From NCBI GenBank assembly GCA_041640455.1, contig JBEQAF010000014.1:1-33533 (forward strand): a stretch of 33,533 bases of DNA. The letters are read 5' to 3'. The notes beneath the pieces are model-generated. The model ran no database searches and was not told the DNA's origin. It was given only the letters and a program-made list of their open reading frames with translations. The first letter of the stretch is position 1. The number at the start of each line of letters is the position of its first letter. The stretch is from a bacterium. Its GTDB lineage: Bacteria > CALINM01. This document shows positions 31,597-33,533 of the stretch, in pieces. The position numbers and the translations under genes were made by a program.

Positions 31597-32170
31597 CTGT
31601 CACAGATAGTAGCTTTTAAAAGAGAAGATTTTGCCATAATTGTAACCGATAGCAACATAGTTAGAAAGGATCAGACTCAGCTCTCCGGGGATAAAGAAGC
31701 TATTTAGAGGCAAAAATTTTATTATAGCAACTGCAGGGCTTGGCTATGGAGCTTACATTGTAGAAGGGCTTATAAGCTCGGCAAATAATCTTGAAGAAAC
31801 AAGCATAGAATATTTAACAGCCTATCTTTTAAAGTTCGGGACTAAACAGTATCTAAATTTTGTCCATAATTACAAAAAAGATATATCGGAAGAGCTCTTA
31901 AGGGTATATTTTGTTCTGGCTGGCTTTGATGATAAGAGAAATATAAGCCTTAAAATGGTGGGAAGTGAGGGAGAGTCAGACTTTAAGGAGTTTAAGGGTT
32001 CAGATGTTGTTACCATACCAAAAAGAATTTCATTAGAGATGAGCATTTTAAAAATTAGGGATAAAAACAAGGAAGAGATCAGGGATCATATATTTGATAA
32101 TCTTAACAGAATTAAAAACCTGGATCCCGCAGTCAAACCGCCTTTCAAATGTGATTTTATCGAAAAATAA
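31597..32170 (+). pseudogene. Proteasome-beta/Ntn-hydrolase-like protein, CTG start, +1 frameshift near the G4 run at 31687-31690; 190 aa when repaired
   Basis: GGGGA-N6-CTG gives (M)SQIVAFKREDFAIIVTDSNIVRKDQTQLSG. The next frame continues IKKLFRGKNFIIATAGLG...VYFVLAGFD...DPAVKPPF to the stop at 32170. Confidence 0.7.
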
Positions 32171-32187
32171 AAAATTATTCCGCAACA

Positions 32188-32216
32188 TTGACAAACCCAT
32201 CAAGTTGTGATTTAGT
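32188..32216 (+). promoter_or_regulatory. Putative sigma70 promoter for the CsgG-family gene
   Basis: TTGACA-N17-TTTAGT with TG at the extended -10 position. Confidence 0.4.
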
Positions 32217-32252
32217 TAATCTATGAATATTAATTTAAGGAGGGGTTTTATC

Positions 32253-33425
32253 ATGTTGAAAAGATTTTTTATTTTATCGGTCCTTTTAATGCTACTTGTA
32301 AGCTGTGCACCTACCCTTGATGTTGCATCCTTGCAAGTAATGCCGGAAGATAAGGAAAAGGTCGAAAAACTTCCCAAGGACGTATATGTTGGTAAGGACT
32401 GGAATGTGGGTGTCATAGAGTTTGAAAACAGAACAGGCATAGGACCTTCCAGATCAACCATTGGAAGCTATGAGCAAAGAAGCGCCTATGTAAAAGGCGG
32501 TGCAGCAGGAATAGTGGCAACACCTGGAGCTATTGGAGTGGGCTATGCTGAAGCAGGTAAATCAAAAACTGAAGGTAACTTTTCTGTAACCCAGACTGAG
32601 GTAATCCCAAAAATAGGCGGTGTGGCTGCGCAGGTTTCTGAGGAGGTACTTATTAGCCTTGGTGGAGTAAAGGTGTATTCAAGAGATTCTCTTTCAAAGA
32701 TATTTGATGAGCAGAAGCTTCAGGCATCAGGAATGATAGACGAAAACACAATGGTAAAATTAGGTCAGCTAGCCGGGCTAACTCATATAGTTACCGGAAG
32801 TGTTAATAATGTGAAAATGGAATACGGTATTTCAACCGGTGGCAGCTTAGGCACCGCCCTGTTAAGCGCATACACAGGGAAACAACAACAGGCAACTCCG
32901 AGATGGAGGGTTGATATTGACACTACAATCAAGGTTATAAGTGTGGAGACTGGCAAGGTTGAGTTTTCAAAATCCTTTACAGCCGTAGAGACTGCCGATG
33001 GAAATAAGGCTGAAACCAGACCGGAGTTCTTCCTCGGGCTTGCGCAGGCTGCACTGAAAGAAGCCATTATGAGAAGTCAGTATGAGCTGGTAAAAATGTT
33101 CCCCTTGAGAGCATATATTCAACAGTTGAGAGGCGGGAAAAAGGCAGCTCTTTTAAATGTGGGGCATTCCCAGGGTGTTAAGCAGGGTGATAAATTTTAT
33201 GCCTATACCTTTGAGACCATAGAAGATCCTGTTACCGGTGAAAAGAAGCTTTCCAAGTATAAAGTTGCTGAGCTGACCGTAACAAACCAGGTTACGGAAA
33301 ACAGTGCCTGGGCTGTAAGCGAAGAGAAGACCATGAAGAATCTTAAGCTTGGTATGCTGGTTGAAAAGGCTATCGAGAAGGGTGCATTCCAGAAGCTGAA
33401 AGAAGGTACCGAGTTCTTAAAATAA
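32253..33425 (+). CDS. CsgG/HfaB-family lipoprotein with FlgT-C-like C-terminal domain
   Basis: AGGAGG RBS, ATG 32253, lipobox LVSC; VGVIEFEN.TG, SRDSL..IFDEQKL..SG, G.LAG...IVTGSV, IKVISVETGKV; LNVG...GVKQGDKF...DPVTGE. Confidence 0.8.
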   Translation: MLKRFFILSVLLMLLVSCAPTLDVASLQVMPEDKEKVEKLPKDVYVGKDWNVGVIEFENRTGIGPSRSTIGSYEQRSAYVKGGAAGIVATPGAIGVGYAEAGKSKTEGNFSVTQTEVIPKIGGVAAQVSEEVLISLGGVKVYSRDSLSKIFDEQKLQASGMIDENTMVKLGQLAGLTHIVTGSVNNVKMEYGISTGGSLGTALLSAYTGKQQQATPRWRVDIDTTIKVISVETGKVEFSKSFTAVETADGNKAETRPEFFLGLAQAALKEAIMRSQYELVKMFPLRAYIQQLRGGKKAALLNVGHSQGVKQGDKFYAYTFETIEDPVTGEKKLSKYKVAELTVTNQVTENSAWAVSEEKTMKNLKLGMLVEKAIEKGAFQKLKEGTEFLK

Positions 33426-33438
33426 AAAGGAGGAATCT

Positions 33439-33533
33439 ATGAAAAAATACCTATCCTTATTATTTATAGGGGTGTTTTTGTTTGCCTGCGCCAAGGTAGA
33501 AAAAAGATGTGTCGGTATTGAAGATAACGCAAA
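33439..33533 (+). CDS. Lipoprotein, 5' fragment (runs off window)
   Basis: AGGAGG RBS; MKKYLSLLFIGVFLFAC-AKVEKRC, lipobox LFAC. Confidence 0.7.
   Translation, partial: MKKYLSLLFIGVFLFACAKVEKRCVGIEDNA

Overview
AT-rich bacterial chromosome segment. Gene content (split F-type atp operon starting atpF'-atpF, rpsF-ssb-rpsR-DUF2232-rplI-dnaB, MXAN_5187-like gene, multiheme cytochrome) suggests an anaerobic Desulfobacterota/deltaproteobacterium-like organism (inference). Minus strand, 1-13.7 kb: mlaE (partial), alr, a frameshifted prmA-like gene, an HlyC/CorC transporter, RNase P RNA, the dnaB-rpsF cluster with an S6:S18 leader, a pentaheme cytochrome c, and a sigma54-type benzoyl-CoA pathway operon (BamC-like Fe-S protein, thiolase with in-frame TGA, SDR, dch, had). 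Plus strand, 13.9-33.5 kb: atpF'FHAGDC, a CTG-initiated DUF2520 oxidoreductase, a 2406-aa surface protein (14 Ig-like domains, CFI-box-CTERM tail), a DsbC_N-only lipoprotein, ctpA, a YibQ-like gene and a CsgG/HfaB lipoprotein. The most notable hidden feature is a CTG-initiated, frameshifted gene at 31597-32170, seen by the ORF track only as a 71-aa fragment. Once repaired it encodes a 190-aa proteasome-beta/Ntn-hydrolase-like protein with Ser1-Asp17-Lys33 spacing. No CRISPR array, IS element, tRNA or rRNA was seen. Three single-base lesions could be real or assembly errors. All family calls come from reading motifs; no database search was run.
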